Numbered from the whole stretch's first letter, positions 11,641-21,862 are shown. The stretch is DNA of 63,675 nt, filler included, from 5 parts of 5 records of this genome joined end to end with filler, not necessarily neighbours in it, one strand, 5' to 3'. The notes: generated from the sequence alone by a model not told the origin. Numbers and translations are program-made.

Positions 11641-13755
11641 ATGAGTGAGAATGAGGTAAAAAGCGCGTATCAGTACAAGGCGTTCATCAGCTACAGCCAT
11701 AAGGACGACGAGTTCTCGGCTTGGCTGTTAAAGGCCCTTGAGGGTTATCGCCTGAACACCCATGTGCGGAGAAGAATATCCGCCCCGTCACGGCTAGGCC
11801 GCTTCTTCAGGGACCGGGATGAACTCCCCGCCACGGGCCACATGACAGACCGCATTTTTGAAGCCTTAAGAGCATCAGAATATCTGATCGTTGTATGCTC
11901 CCCAGCCAGCGTAAGATCAAAACTGGTCAACCGCGAGATTGCCGAGTTCAAACGCATCCGCGGCGACAGCAAAATCCTCTGCGTTATCATCGACGGCGTG
12001 CCTTTTGCTAAAAATCCCGAGCAAGAATGTTTCCCCGAGGCGCTTAAACTCAAACTCACCGAGGAAGGCAAGCAAAGTGGTTTTGCCGCTGAAGGCTTGG
12101 CCGCCGATGCCCGCGAAACGGGCGACGGGAAACGACAAGCACTGCTGAAGCTGATTGCAGGCATGCTGAATATTGGGCTTAACGACCTTGTCCAGCGCGA
12201 GACCCAACGCCGCCAGCGCAAACTTATGGCTTTTGCCATTGCAGCCAGTGTCGGCATGGCAGTGACAGCCGGGCTTGCACTGGAGGCACGCAAAGCTCGC
12301 CTGGAAGCTGAATCAGCTCTCAAGCTCGCCGAGGCAAAAAGCATTGAAGCCGCCAAGCATCTAAACAACAACGAACAGTTGATGCACCTCGTGATGAACA
12401 CGATTTATGAGGATCTGCTCACTGCTGGTAGTTTAACGACCCTTGAGAACCTGTCTGAGACGCTTCTGAGGTTCCTCAACGAAAGAGAATTTACTCAAAA
12501 CCGGGCAAGTCAGATCGCCCTCATCATTCCCACAAACCTGAGGCTCGGGCAGGCGCTGGAACGACGTGGGGAGACGGCACGCGCGGCGGAAATCTTCAAA
12601 AAAACCCGAGCCATTGCAGAAGAGCTATACGTCAACAACCCTGACCTTCGCATCGCAGTCGGGAGATTTGCGACCACACTGTTTTTCACCGGTTATCTGG
12701 CCCAACGCCTGGGTGACTATGACTATGCAGCGGCAGAATATGAATATCGCCTCAGAGTCATTGAGCACTATATGAGCCTGCCTTTTGGCCCGGAAAGCGA
12801 TTCCAAGCTTCAGGACCAGATCGACCAGCGTAAGGAACTGATGGCCGACACCTTGGGCACACTTTGTGTTCTTAAGTCTGTGCCTCTCGGGCAACCCCAG
12901 GAAGCGCTCGCCCTTTGCAACAAAAGCGCGCTCCTGCGGCAAGAGGTGCTGGATGGCGACCCCGAGAGTGAAGCCAAGAAAACCGACCTTGCCACCAGCT
13001 TCTTCCATCTTGCCGTGACCCATGTCACCCTTGGCCAATATGATACTGCGCTGATATATCTTCAAAGGCGCCTTGAACTGTATGAAAGCATGCTCAAGCA
13101 CGAGCCGATGAATTTCAAGATCAGGCGGCGCGCCGCCATGACCCAGCAACAGATCGTTCACGCTGAGCAACTCAACGGAACACTCGACCCGGATGCCCTG
13201 CAAAAATTATGGTGGGTCACGCAGGACTTTGATGCCCTGACAAGTAAAGACCCGGCCAACATCATGTGGCTGGCAGATTCCGCGACAGTGTACCATGACT
13301 ACGCCGAGGTCGCGCTGCGGAACGGTGAGGCAGAAAAAGCGGCACGCGCCCTCAACGTCGCCAAAGACCAGATCAAAAGGGCACTTGATGCAGACAATAG
13401 CCGCATCAGCAGGCGGCTGACCGCCTATAGGGTCCGCTTACTCTCTGCCCGGCTGGCAGCGGCGCAGGGAGACATAGATGACGCAACAGCACTCTCCGCC
13501 CAGGCAGTCGCCGCTTTGGAGCTAGAGGGAGCAAGCTACCTAAGAGCCCATAATGTGCTCGATTTTGCAGGGGAACTATACCTCTTCCACGGCGATCAGC
13601 TATATGCAGCGGGGCGTCAAGCGGAAGCACAAGCAAGCTGGCAAAAACTGGCCGAGCTGAATAAAGCCACACCTGCCACAAAAACACCTGTGTTTCTGAA
13701 AACGCTGGAGACCTCGATAGCGCGGCTTGAAACACCGCAGGATGCTGCAAGGTAA
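11641..13755 (+). CDS. TIR-domain protein with one TM helix and C-terminal TPR-like repeats
   Basis: AFISYSHKD, FFRDRDEL, LIVVCSP and SKLVNREI (TIR_2-like). Basic cluster RRQRK then a hydrophobic helix at about aa 196-214. Helical repeats such as LGQALERRGETARAAEIF and LGQYDTALIYLQRRL. Confidence 0.85.
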   Translation: MSENEVKSAYQYKAFISYSHKDDEFSAWLLKALEGYRLNTHVRRRISAPSRLGRFFRDRDELPATGHMTDRIFEALRASEYLIVVCSPASVRSKLVNREIAEFKRIRGDSKILCVIIDGVPFAKNPEQECFPEALKLKLTEEGKQSGFAAEGLAADARETGDGKRQALLKLIAGMLNIGLNDLVQRETQRRQRKLMAFAIAASVGMAVTAGLALEARKARLEAESALKLAEAKSIEAAKHLNNNEQLMHLVMNTIYEDLLTAGSLTTLENLSETLLRFLNEREFTQNRASQIALIIPTNLRLGQALERRGETARAAEIFKKTRAIAEELYVNNPDLRIAVGRFATTLFFTGYLAQRLGDYDYAAAEYEYRLRVIEHYMSLPFGPESDSKLQDQIDQRKELMADTLGTLCVLKSVPLGQPQEALALCNKSALLRQEVLDGDPESEAKKTDLATSFFHLAVTHVTLGQYDTALIYLQRRLELYESMLKHEPMNFKIRRRAAMTQQQIVHAEQLNGTLDPDALQKLWWVTQDFDALTSKDPANIMWLADSATVYHDYAEVALRNGEAEKAARALNVAKDQIKRALDADNSRISRRLTAYRVRLLSARLAAAQGDIDDATALSAQAVAALELEGASYLRAHNVLDFAGELYLFHGDQLYAAGRQAEAQASWQKLAELNKATPATKTPVFLKTLETSIARLETPQDAAR

Positions 13756-13761
13756 CGCTTG

Positions 13762-14277
13762 CTAGAGACGCTTGATCATAGCGCAGCGGGTATCGGCGCT
13801 TAAGCCAGCCGCGACCTCATCGGCAAGTATGGACCTGAGCCGCCTATCCAGCTCGACTTCACCCATGGTGGCATACCCCAGCCGCGCATAATATGGCGCA
13901 TTGAACGGTACATCCCGGAACGTGGTCAGCGACACGGCTTTTATGCCTTCCTGCACTGCATAAGTTTCAGCCGCCGCCATCAGCTTGCGACCAATGCCCT
14001 GCCCTTGGGCTTCCTGATGCACAGAAATTTCCCATATATGCAGCGTGTCCTCAAACACCTCAGCACTCAGGAAACCCCACACATGGTCATCCGCACCCAC
14101 CGTCAGCCACACGGTGCCTTTGTCAATAAGCTTCAGGTGCGCCTTGGCTGTCATCACTGTGTCTGACGCGATCCATTCATAACCCGGTACATTCAGGAAG
14201 CTTTTCCCGGCCGAACGCTCGATACCCGGTAGCAGGCGCGCGTGAACCGAAGCGGCTTTGATGATGCGAACGTCCAT
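13762..14277 (-). CDS. GNAT-family N-acetyltransferase
   Basis: Acetyl-CoA motif SVHQEAQGQGIGRKL and LTTFRDVPFNAPYY. Confidence 0.9.
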   Translation of the reverse strand: MDVRIIKAASVHARLLPGIERSAGKSFLNVPGYEWIASDTVMTAKAHLKLIDKGTVWLTVGADDHVWGFLSAEVFEDTLHIWEISVHQEAQGQGIGRKLMAAAETYAVQEGIKAVSLTTFRDVPFNAPYYARLGYATMGEVELDRRLRSILADEVAAGLSADTRCAMIKRL

Positions 14278-14426
14278 AAAACTTCCTCTCAAACCCAGTG
14301 ATATCGCATGCGTGATTGGCCGGAAAGTATGAAGTCGTCAAACGTCTCATCACCGGGAATTTATTTGCCTTCCCGGTCCTTGCCCGCACAATGGCAATTA
14401 ATGCTTGGAGATGGGGAGAAAATAAA

Positions 14427-15317
14427 ATGCCATATGACCACCACACACCACCACAAGGGGCGCTTGACCTGTATGACAAATATGCCCACGGGCTGATGTC
14501 TCGCCGTTCGTTCATGGAAAAACTTGGCACCTATGCGGTTGGCGGTTTGACCGTTGCCGCGCTGATGGACCAACTTTTGCCTAACTATGCGCTGGCTGAA
14601 CAGGTAAAACCGGACGATGAGCGCATTGTGGCGAAAGACATCCCCTATTCTTCCCCCAATGGTGCGGGCGACATGATGGGCTATCTGGTGATGCCAAAGG
14701 ATGCTTCTGCGGCACTCAAGAAGCCCGGCGTTGTGGTCATTCATGAGAACCGGGGCCTGAACCCCTATATCCGTGATGTGGCACGGCGGGTGGCGCTTGC
14801 GGGCTATGTTGCCTTCGCGCCAGATGCCCTGTTCCCGCTGGGGGGTTACCCCGGCAACGATGATGATGGCCGGGTGATGCAGCGCGAGCGGGACCGCGAA
14901 GAAATGGTCGAGGACTTCGCCTCAGCCGTCACATATCTGCAAAACCATGAGGCCACCACCGGCAATGTAGGCTGTGTGGGTTTCTGTTTTGGTGGCAGCG
15001 TCTCAAACCGGCTGGCGGCCAAGATGCCGTCCCTCAAGGCGGCGGTGCCGTTTTATGGTGGCGGTGTAGACGAAGAAGATGTGCCCAATATTCAGGCGCC
15101 GCTTCTAATTCATCTGGCAGAGCTGGACGAGCGGGTAAATGCGGGCTGGCCCGCGTATGCCGCCGCCCTCAAGGCGAACGCCAAAGAGTATGAGATGCAT
15201 ATGTATGAAGGCGCGAACCATGGTTTCCACAATGACACCACACCGCGCTATAATGCCCACGCGGCGGAGCTTGCCTGGGCGCGCACCCTTGCGTTTTTTG
15301 AAGAACACCTCGATTGA
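14427..15317 (+). CDS. Dienelactone hydrolase family (YghX-like) with Tat-like SRRSF motif
   Basis: IHENRGLNP, nucleophile GFCFGG and HGFHNDTTPRY. GGAG RBS before ATG 14427. Confidence 0.9.
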   Translation: MPYDHHTPPQGALDLYDKYAHGLMSRRSFMEKLGTYAVGGLTVAALMDQLLPNYALAEQVKPDDERIVAKDIPYSSPNGAGDMMGYLVMPKDASAALKKPGVVVIHENRGLNPYIRDVARRVALAGYVAFAPDALFPLGGYPGNDDDGRVMQRERDREEMVEDFASAVTYLQNHEATTGNVGCVGFCFGGSVSNRLAAKMPSLKAAVPFYGGGVDEEDVPNIQAPLLIHLAELDERVNAGWPAYAAALKANAKEYEMHMYEGANHGFHNDTTPRYNAHAAELAWARTLAFFEEHLD

Positions 15318-15356
15318 ATATAGAGGACAGTTCCGGGTGAGCGGGAGCGGGGCGGC

Positions 15357-15587
15357 CTAGCCCTCCCGCTCGCTGCCCTCTGTTTCTTTGGTTTTGACGC
15401 GTTTTTTCGCGCCCCATATCCACCCCAGCAGAAAGCCGACCATTACCGCAAGCAGGATGACAACAAACCGGCTGGTGTAAAAAGACCAGAACAGAAAGTT
15501 CAGCTGCACAGTGGCAATATTCTGCATGGCGAACAGGACCAGCAGGCCGCCAGCCACCATCGCCAGTGTATATTTGGTTTTATCCAT
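15357..15587 (-). CDS. LapA/DUF1049-like small membrane protein
   Basis: Two TM segments and FAMQN...V.LNFLFW; AGGAG RBS. Confidence 0.75.
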   Translation of the reverse strand: MDKTKYTLAMVAGGLLVLFAMQNIATVQLNFLFWSFYTSRFVVILLAVMVGFLLGWIWGAKKRVKTKETEGSEREG

Positions 15588-15788
15588 ACCGTCTCCTGCC
15601 CTGTGTATGTGCCTGCACCTGTTATACAATCAACGCATGACCATACCACAACCACTCTCCTCACATTTTATATTATCACCGATGCGCACTTGAAACCCAG
15701 CCTTTTGCTTGGCTACCCCCTTGCCCTAGGGGGCCATATATGGCTTAGTGGCGGCCAGATTTTTCAGCCTTCATGTTCAGGGGTTTTC

Positions 15789-17129
15789 ATGACCGATCAC
15801 ACGCTCGACCTTCTCTCCGACCTTGTCGCCAAAGCGGTTAAAGCGGGCGCAGATGCCGCCGATGCTGTTGCGGTTGACGCCCGCTCACGCGGGGTATCGT
15901 GGCGGGAAGGCAATCTTGAAGATGTTGAGGGCTCAGAGGGCGAAGATATCGGCCTCCGTGTCATGATTGGACACAAGCAGGCCATGGTTTCCACCAGCGA
16001 CCGCAGGGATACAAACCTCAAGGCCTTGGTCGAACGCACCATCGCCATGGCCAAAGCGGTGCCGGATGATGATTATTGCGGCCTTGCGCCGGAGGACCGG
16101 CTGCACAAAGGCGCGTTTGCCGAGCTGGATCTTTTTGACGACACAGACGTAAGCGCCTCGACGCTGACCGAGCTGGCCCGCGAGGCCGAAGAAGCCACCC
16201 GCAACGTTGAAGGGGTTACCAACTCAGCGGGCGCAGGCGCCAGCGCATCATCCTGGGCCATCTCGCTCGTGACAAGCCACGGCTTCAGCGGGCATTATCA
16301 GGGCAGCAGCTTTTCGATCTCCTCCTCCGCCGTTGCAGGTACTGGCACGGGCATGGAGCGGGATTATGAGTTCACAAGCGCACGCCATTTTGAAGACCTG
16401 GACGGCGCAACATGGGTGGGCACGGAAGCAGGCCGCCGCGCGGTTGGCCGCATCGGCCCTGTGCGTATGCCATCCGGCAAGGTGCCTGTGGTGTTTGACC
16501 CGCGGGTTTCACGCTCGCTTCTCGGGCACTTTACCGGCGCTATTAACGGGATGGCCGTGGCGCGAGGCTCAAGCTTCCTCAAGGACCATATGGGCGAAAC
16601 TGTGTTCGCACCCGGTGTGACTGTGACCGATGACCCTCTTGTGGTGCGCGGGCTGTCTTCCCGCCTGTTTGATGGCGAGGGTGTACGCATAGGCAAAACC
16701 AACCTCATTGAAGACGGTGTGCTCAAAACCTGGCTTCTGAACGCTGCTGCAGCCAAACAGCTCGGGCTTGAGGTAACGGGCCACGCCAGCCGTGGCACGT
16801 CATCTGCCCCCGGCATCAGCACCAGCAACCTTTATATGGCGGCGGGTGAGCAGTCCCCGGCTGAGCTGATGGCTGACATCAAGGACGGGCTTTATGTAAC
16901 CGAGCTTATCGGCATGGGTGTGAACGGCGTAACCGGCGACTATAGCAGGGGGGCGGCGGGCTTCTGCATCAAGGACGGGCAACTGGATGGCCCGGTGAGC
17001 GAAGTGACAATTGCGGGCAACCTTAAGGAAATGTTCAGGCATCTTGTGCCAGCATCAGACCTTGAGTTCCGGTACGGCAGCAATGCGCCGACCGTACGCA
17101 TTGACGGCATGACCATCGCAGGCGCCTGA
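15789..17129 (+). CDS. pmbA: TldD/PmbA-family protein (PmbA/TldE)
   Basis: FDGEGV, GHASRG, GVNGVTGDYSRGA and EVTIAGNL motifs, without the TldD HExxH. Confidence 0.9.
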   Translation: MTDHTLDLLSDLVAKAVKAGADAADAVAVDARSRGVSWREGNLEDVEGSEGEDIGLRVMIGHKQAMVSTSDRRDTNLKALVERTIAMAKAVPDDDYCGLAPEDRLHKGAFAELDLFDDTDVSASTLTELAREAEEATRNVEGVTNSAGAGASASSWAISLVTSHGFSGHYQGSSFSISSSAVAGTGTGMERDYEFTSARHFEDLDGATWVGTEAGRRAVGRIGPVRMPSGKVPVVFDPRVSRSLLGHFTGAINGMAVARGSSFLKDHMGETVFAPGVTVTDDPLVVRGLSSRLFDGEGVRIGKTNLIEDGVLKTWLLNAAAAKQLGLEVTGHASRGTSSAPGISTSNLYMAAGEQSPAELMADIKDGLYVTELIGMGVNGVTGDYSRGAAGFCIKDGQLDGPVSEVTIAGNLKEMFRHLVPASDLEFRYGSNAPTVRIDGMTIAGA

Positions 17130-17174
17130 TCGTGGCCTGAAAATCTCGTGCCCGAACACGTGTGAGAGACCAGA

Positions 17175-18029
17175 GTGAGCAATAGCACCGACCCGTTTGA
17201 TGAAAGCACCTGCCCCTGGAGTTTGGCAGATGATGTCCGCCTCGTGCGGCGGGTGACCGAAGAAGCGGGGCGCATCGCACTTTCCTACTTTGCCCGCGAT
17301 ATCCACATGTGGGAAAAATCTCCCAACAACCCGGTGTCCGAAGCCGACATGGCCGTGGACGAATTTCTGCGCACCACATTGATGCAGAACCGCACCGGCT
17401 ACGGTTGGCTATCGGAAGAAACCGAAGACCATTCAGACCGCCTGCGCTGCGGTAGGTTATGGATTGTTGACCCCATTGACGGCACCCGCGCTTTTCTGGC
17501 GGGCGGGGATGATTGGGGTATCTCGGTCGCGCTGGTGCAAGACCAGAAACCCGTAATCGCCGCCTTTTATGCACCGGTTAAAAACGCCTTCTATTTCGCC
17601 GAGGTCGGGCGCGGTGCCACAAAAAACGGGCTGACCATTCGGGTGTCGGAACAAGATACCCTCGACAGTGCCCGCATGATGGGCGACCCCTCCGCCTTTA
17701 AGGCCAAGAAGCTGTGGCCTACGCCCTGGCCCGATAGCATGCATACAGAACAAGCCAATTCCATCGCGCTCCGCATCTGCCAGATCGCGGACGGGCAGTT
17801 TGACTGCTGCGTGACCCTGCGCCCCAAAAACGACTGGGACGTGGCGGCCGCCGACCTCATTATCGCGGAAGCTGGCGGCAAGCTCACCACCGGCACAGGC
17901 AAAGGCCTGATCTTCAACCGCAAGAAGCCGCTGCACGATCATATCGTCGCCAGTTGCCCCGCCCTTGTGCCTGCGATTATGGAACGGGTTGAACCGGCGC
18001 TGGCTGAGTGGCGGCACGTGGCAGCCTGA
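17175..18029 (+). CDS. Inositol monophosphatase / CysQ-like 3'(2'),5'-bisphosphate nucleotidase
   Basis: WLSEE, WIVDPIDGTRAF and WDVAAA motifs. Confidence 0.88.
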   Translation: MSNSTDPFDESTCPWSLADDVRLVRRVTEEAGRIALSYFARDIHMWEKSPNNPVSEADMAVDEFLRTTLMQNRTGYGWLSEETEDHSDRLRCGRLWIVDPIDGTRAFLAGGDDWGISVALVQDQKPVIAAFYAPVKNAFYFAEVGRGATKNGLTIRVSEQDTLDSARMMGDPSAFKAKKLWPTPWPDSMHTEQANSIALRICQIADGQFDCCVTLRPKNDWDVAAADLIIAEAGGKLTTGTGKGLIFNRKKPLHDHIVASCPALVPAIMERVEPALAEWRHVAA

Positions 18030-18162
18030 GACTATTCACCCGCCTAGGTGTTTGTGTTACTTGGCAAAAATACCCCAGTGTCACCGTACGCATTGCTGTT
18101 CAGACGCTTTTGTGGAATATATCTGGGGTTTGAGGCCGGTCTAGGGAAGGACGCATAGCTAT

Positions 18163-20325
18163 ATGCTCACAGCTGCTGCAAGCCGACTGATGCGATATGC
18201 CTTCACCCTTGGCTTTTTGCTGGTCTTTACTTTCTCAACATTTGCCGCAACCAAACTGAGCGATGACGCGCGCATGCGCGCAGAGGCTTTATTACCCCGC
18301 CTGTTAGAGGCAACAGCGCTTGATGCCCACCTTCGCCTTGAGGCCCTCAATGCCAACCTTGAGACCACCACGAATGAGCGGGCGCGTGGCCAGGTCCTCA
18401 AGGACCTGATCTTCTATCATATTGATACCGGAGTGGCAGAAGGCCTTGATGAGATCGCCAGCGAGGCCATCAGCCTTGGCGAAAAGCTGGATGATGTCAG
18501 CCTGCAGGTCTACGGCAGGCTTGGGCTCGCTGAAATCGAGTATATCGCAGGCAGCATCAAGAACGCTGAAAGCCAGATTAAGGAAGCGCTCACGCTTGCA
18601 GAAGCACGCGGCAGTGTGGCAGACCAGTTTTTTGCGCGGTCTTCCCTTGCGGCACTTGGGCCAGAGCTTGGCAACCTGCTCGAGGGCCTTCTCGCCATGA
18701 CGCAGAGTGTGAGCATGCTTGAGGGTACGCCTGAAGGCGAGAAGATGCGCATGACCGCCTATCTGACCCTCGCTTATATCTACACCGGCGTCAGTGAGAT
18801 TGACGAAATTGTTGAGAACTACGCCAAGGCGCTCGACATTGCGACCCGCGCCCATATCGCACTTGACCGCGAAACCATCATGTTCAACATCGCCTCATCG
18901 CTTAACGACATTGATGAAAACGCCCTCGCGCGCCGATATTATGAAGCGCTCACGGAAGTGCTCACGCAAACAGGCCACAAGGAAGGACAGTATTATGCCC
19001 TCTATGGCCTCGCGTGGATCGCGTACGACGAAGAACGGTATGGCGACTGCATTACGCTCGCTCATGAAGCGCTTAACGACTTTGAGGGCGAACCGGGCTT
19101 CGATGTTGAGCTTTACGACCTGCTGGCCATCGGGTACGCGCGGCAAGGCAACGCGGTTGAGGCCCGCAGATATCGGCAGATCGTGTTGGAGGAATACGAA
19201 AAATACCCAGACCTCAAGCTCGTCATATCCGACGCTGATGACCAGTTGACCGAGGCCTATATTCTTGCAGCGGAAGGCCAATACGAGGAGGGGTTCGAGC
19301 TTCTCAACAAAGCACGCCGCGGCCTCATGGATGACCAGTTTGAAAGCTTCCAGACGAGCGTGACAGACCTACGCTCCAGCATCGTGACCATGATTGAGAA
19401 ACAACGCACTGAAGAAGCCCTGCACGCCGCTGAAGCCGCAAACCGGCGTTTGCTTGTGATCCTCACCTTTTTCATTATTGCAGGCGCTGTCGCGCTGGTG
19501 TTCATCATGCGCAAACACAACCGGGCGCTGGCGCGCAGCAAACATGCCGCCGACATGGCGAACAGAAGCAAGTCAGAGTTTCTGGCCAATATGAGCCATG
19601 AGCTTAGAACACCGCTGAATGCCATCCTCGGATTCTCCGAGATGATGGAACAACGAGTGTTTGGTGAGTTGGGCGCGAAACAGTATGGCGACTATGTTGG
19701 GCATATTAATGAAAGCGGCAGACTGCTTCTGGATATCATAAACGATATCCTTGACCTCTCGAAGATCGAGTCCGGCAAACTGATCGTCAGGGACGAAATT
19801 ATAGACCTTCGCCAGCTTCTTGGTGATCTCGCGAAGCTTATGGCGCCGCGCGTCAGGCCCAAGAACATTACTCTGACGGTGGATGTACCGCCACGCACAC
19901 CTTACCTGCGAGCCGATACACGACTATGCAAACAAATCCTGCTCAATGTTCTCAGCAACGCCAGCAAGTTTACCGAAAACGACGGTGAGATAGACTGCCG
20001 TGTTTATGCGCTGGATAACGGCGACATTATTGTCGAAGTTGAAGATACCGGCATTGGCATGTCAGAAGATGAGCTTGAGATTGCCCTTCTGCCGTTTGGG
20101 CAGGCAGGAACCACGGCCACACGCTCTCATGAAGGAACAGGCCTTGGTCTGCCACTGGTAAAAAGCCTGATAGAGCTTCATGGCGGCAAGCTGGAGGTTC
20201 GTTCCATCAAGCGCATGGGAACGCTGGTTATACTCACCTTCCCCGCAAACCGCTCGGTTCAGCCGTCAGAAGTCCCAGTTCCACCAACCACCGTGGATGA
20301 AGACCCAAGCGAGCCTCCACGGTAA
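18163..20325 (+). CDS. Sensor histidine kinase with signal peptide, TPR-like periplasmic domain, TM, HisKA and HATPase
   Basis: FLANMSHELRTPLNAILGFSE, N-box NVLSNASKFT, DTGIGM and GTGLGL. Alternative start at 18190. Confidence 0.9.
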   Translation: MLTAAASRLMRYAFTLGFLLVFTFSTFAATKLSDDARMRAEALLPRLLEATALDAHLRLEALNANLETTTNERARGQVLKDLIFYHIDTGVAEGLDEIASEAISLGEKLDDVSLQVYGRLGLAEIEYIAGSIKNAESQIKEALTLAEARGSVADQFFARSSLAALGPELGNLLEGLLAMTQSVSMLEGTPEGEKMRMTAYLTLAYIYTGVSEIDEIVENYAKALDIATRAHIALDRETIMFNIASSLNDIDENALARRYYEALTEVLTQTGHKEGQYYALYGLAWIAYDEERYGDCITLAHEALNDFEGEPGFDVELYDLLAIGYARQGNAVEARRYRQIVLEEYEKYPDLKLVISDADDQLTEAYILAAEGQYEEGFELLNKARRGLMDDQFESFQTSVTDLRSSIVTMIEKQRTEEALHAAEAANRRLLVILTFFIIAGAVALVFIMRKHNRALARSKHAADMANRSKSEFLANMSHELRTPLNAILGFSEMMEQRVFGELGAKQYGDYVGHINESGRLLLDIINDILDLSKIESGKLIVRDEIIDLRQLLGDLAKLMAPRVRPKNITLTVDVPPRTPYLRADTRLCKQILLNVLSNASKFTENDGEIDCRVYALDNGDIIVEVEDTGIGMSEDELEIALLPFGQAGTTATRSHEGTGLGLPLVKSLIELHGGKLEVRSIKRMGTLVILTFPANRSVQPSEVPVPPTTVDEDPSEPPR

Positions 20326-20329
20326 ACCA

Positions 20330-21013
20330 CTAGAAATAAAGCTTGATGCCGCCAAGGACCGCACCGCCGCCAATGTTCTGGTCAAGCGAGCTGTCTTCAT
20401 ACATCACGCTAAATTCCACCACATCGATGAAGGCTGAAATGCCGATCGCATAATCCCACAGGTCTGATCGGTTCTGCCGCATGTCATAACCGAGGCGCGA
20501 GATAATCGTCAGCTCCGGCATTGTCGGCACCGGCACTTCAACATCGGTATAAATGTAGAAGCTGTCACTGTTTGGGGCACTCCAGCGGCCATCAGGCGCA
20601 TAAACGGCACCAGTCCGAATGAAAGCCAGGCCAAAGTCACGCGAAACAGACGCGCTGATCTCAGGGTAATATTTGGCGTCACCGCCCTGAATGCTGTCGA
20701 GCTCAACAGACAGATCATAAACAAAATCGCCAGCATCAAAATTGTAACCCGCAAAAAGGCTCGCTTTGGCGTCGCCGCCCGCGTCGTTGCTGATGCTGCC
20801 TGCGCTGGCACCGATATAAAAACCGTTGTCATGATAGAGCCCAAAGGACGCGATAACAGCCGGGTCCTTATCAGACAGGGTTAGCCCACGGTCACGGTAA
20901 TCGCTCACCACACCAAGGTAACCGTCAAAACTGAAAGAGCTTTCGCCGTCTTGTGCGAAAGTCGCTGGCGCAAAACAGGTGGCTGCCACTGCGCCAAGAA
21001 TAAATCGTTTCAT
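20330..21013 (-). CDS. TorF/Gcw_chp-family putative outer-membrane porin
   Basis: Signal peptide, VVSDYRDRGLT motif, alternating beta-strands and C-terminal YF. Confidence 0.75.
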   Translation of the reverse strand: MKRFILGAVAATCFAPATFAQDGESSFSFDGYLGVVSDYRDRGLTLSDKDPAVIASFGLYHDNGFYIGASAGSISNDAGGDAKASLFAGYNFDAGDFVYDLSVELDSIQGGDAKYYPEISASVSRDFGLAFIRTGAVYAPDGRWSAPNSDSFYIYTDVEVPVPTMPELTIISRLGYDMRQNRSDLWDYAIGISAFIDVVEFSVMYEDSSLDQNIGGGAVLGGIKLYF

Positions 21014-21022
21014 TACCCTATC

Positions 21023-21862
21023 CTAAAATGGTGGCCGCATGGGCTCAGGTGCAATCAACAGTATGGGGTCAAGCCTTACATTCCGCCAGTTCACCCGCCA
21101 GTCTACATGCGGGCCGCTCGCCCGGCCCTTTTTGCCAACGGTACCAATCTGTTGTCCCTGCTCTACCGTATCGCCCACCTTCACGTCTACACTGTTCATG
21201 TGAAACAGCGTTGAGGTCACACCAAAACCGTGGTCGATGATCACAATACCGCCCTCGAGAAGGAAATCCGGCACCGCGAGGCGAATGATACCAGCAGCGG
21301 GGGCAACAATGCTTGTGCCGATGGGGGCCGCGATATCAAGCCCATAGTGCGGGCTTCTCGGTTTGCCGTTCAATATGCGCTGGCTGCCATAAAAACCTGA
21401 GAAACGACCTTCCGCCGGGCGAATAAAGCCTTTCAGCCAATCAAGTGCACCAGTGGTATATGAGCGTGCTTCACGCACCATGCCTGTTTCACGGGCGCGG
21501 CGTTCGCGCCACTCAGGCGGTGGTGTTACTGTTTTAGGCGGCAAACCATCCACATGCTCGATATCAAAGCTTCGGTCCTTAACGGTGATCGTTTGGGCTT
21601 CCCGGCGGCCATTACCGTAGCTGATCACCAGCTCCGCTGTCGCGCCAGCATCACGCCCAAAGCCAAGCACAAAATTGCCGTCTGGTCCCACCATCACAGG
21701 CTCACCGTCCAGCGTTACCTTGGCGTCCGGTTCCACAACGCCCCAAACCATGCCGCCCTGGGCCGGTGTGCCCACAAGATCCACAGCCCATGCCGGTGTC
21801 GTAAGTGCCAGAAGGGTAAGAATAAGGATTTTCTGTATTAATTTCATGTACATCATCTTCAT
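21023..21862 (-). CDS. M23-family metallopeptidase, exported
   Basis: PHYGLDIAAPIGT, DHGFG and GRASGPHVDW, with a signal peptide. Start lies among ATGs at 21862-21847. Confidence 0.88.
   Translation of the reverse strand: MKMMYMKLIQKILILTLLALTTPAWAVDLVGTPAQGGMVWGVVEPDAKVTLDGEPVMVGPDGNFVLGFGRDAGATAELVISYGNGRREAQTITVKDRSFDIEHVDGLPPKTVTPPPEWRERRARETGMVREARSYTTGALDWLKGFIRPAEGRFSGFYGSQRILNGKPRSPHYGLDIAAPIGTSIVAPAAGIIRLAVPDFLLEGGIVIIDHGFGVTSTLFHMNSVDVKVGDTVEQGQQIGTVGKKGRASGPHVDWRVNWRNVRLDPILLIAPEPMRPPF

Noticed and set aside
15339..15371. GAGCGGGAG/CTCCCGCTC hairpin between convergent genes as a terminator
   Set aside because: The loop is long, there is no U tract on either strand, and the right arm lies inside a coding sequence. 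Too weak to call.
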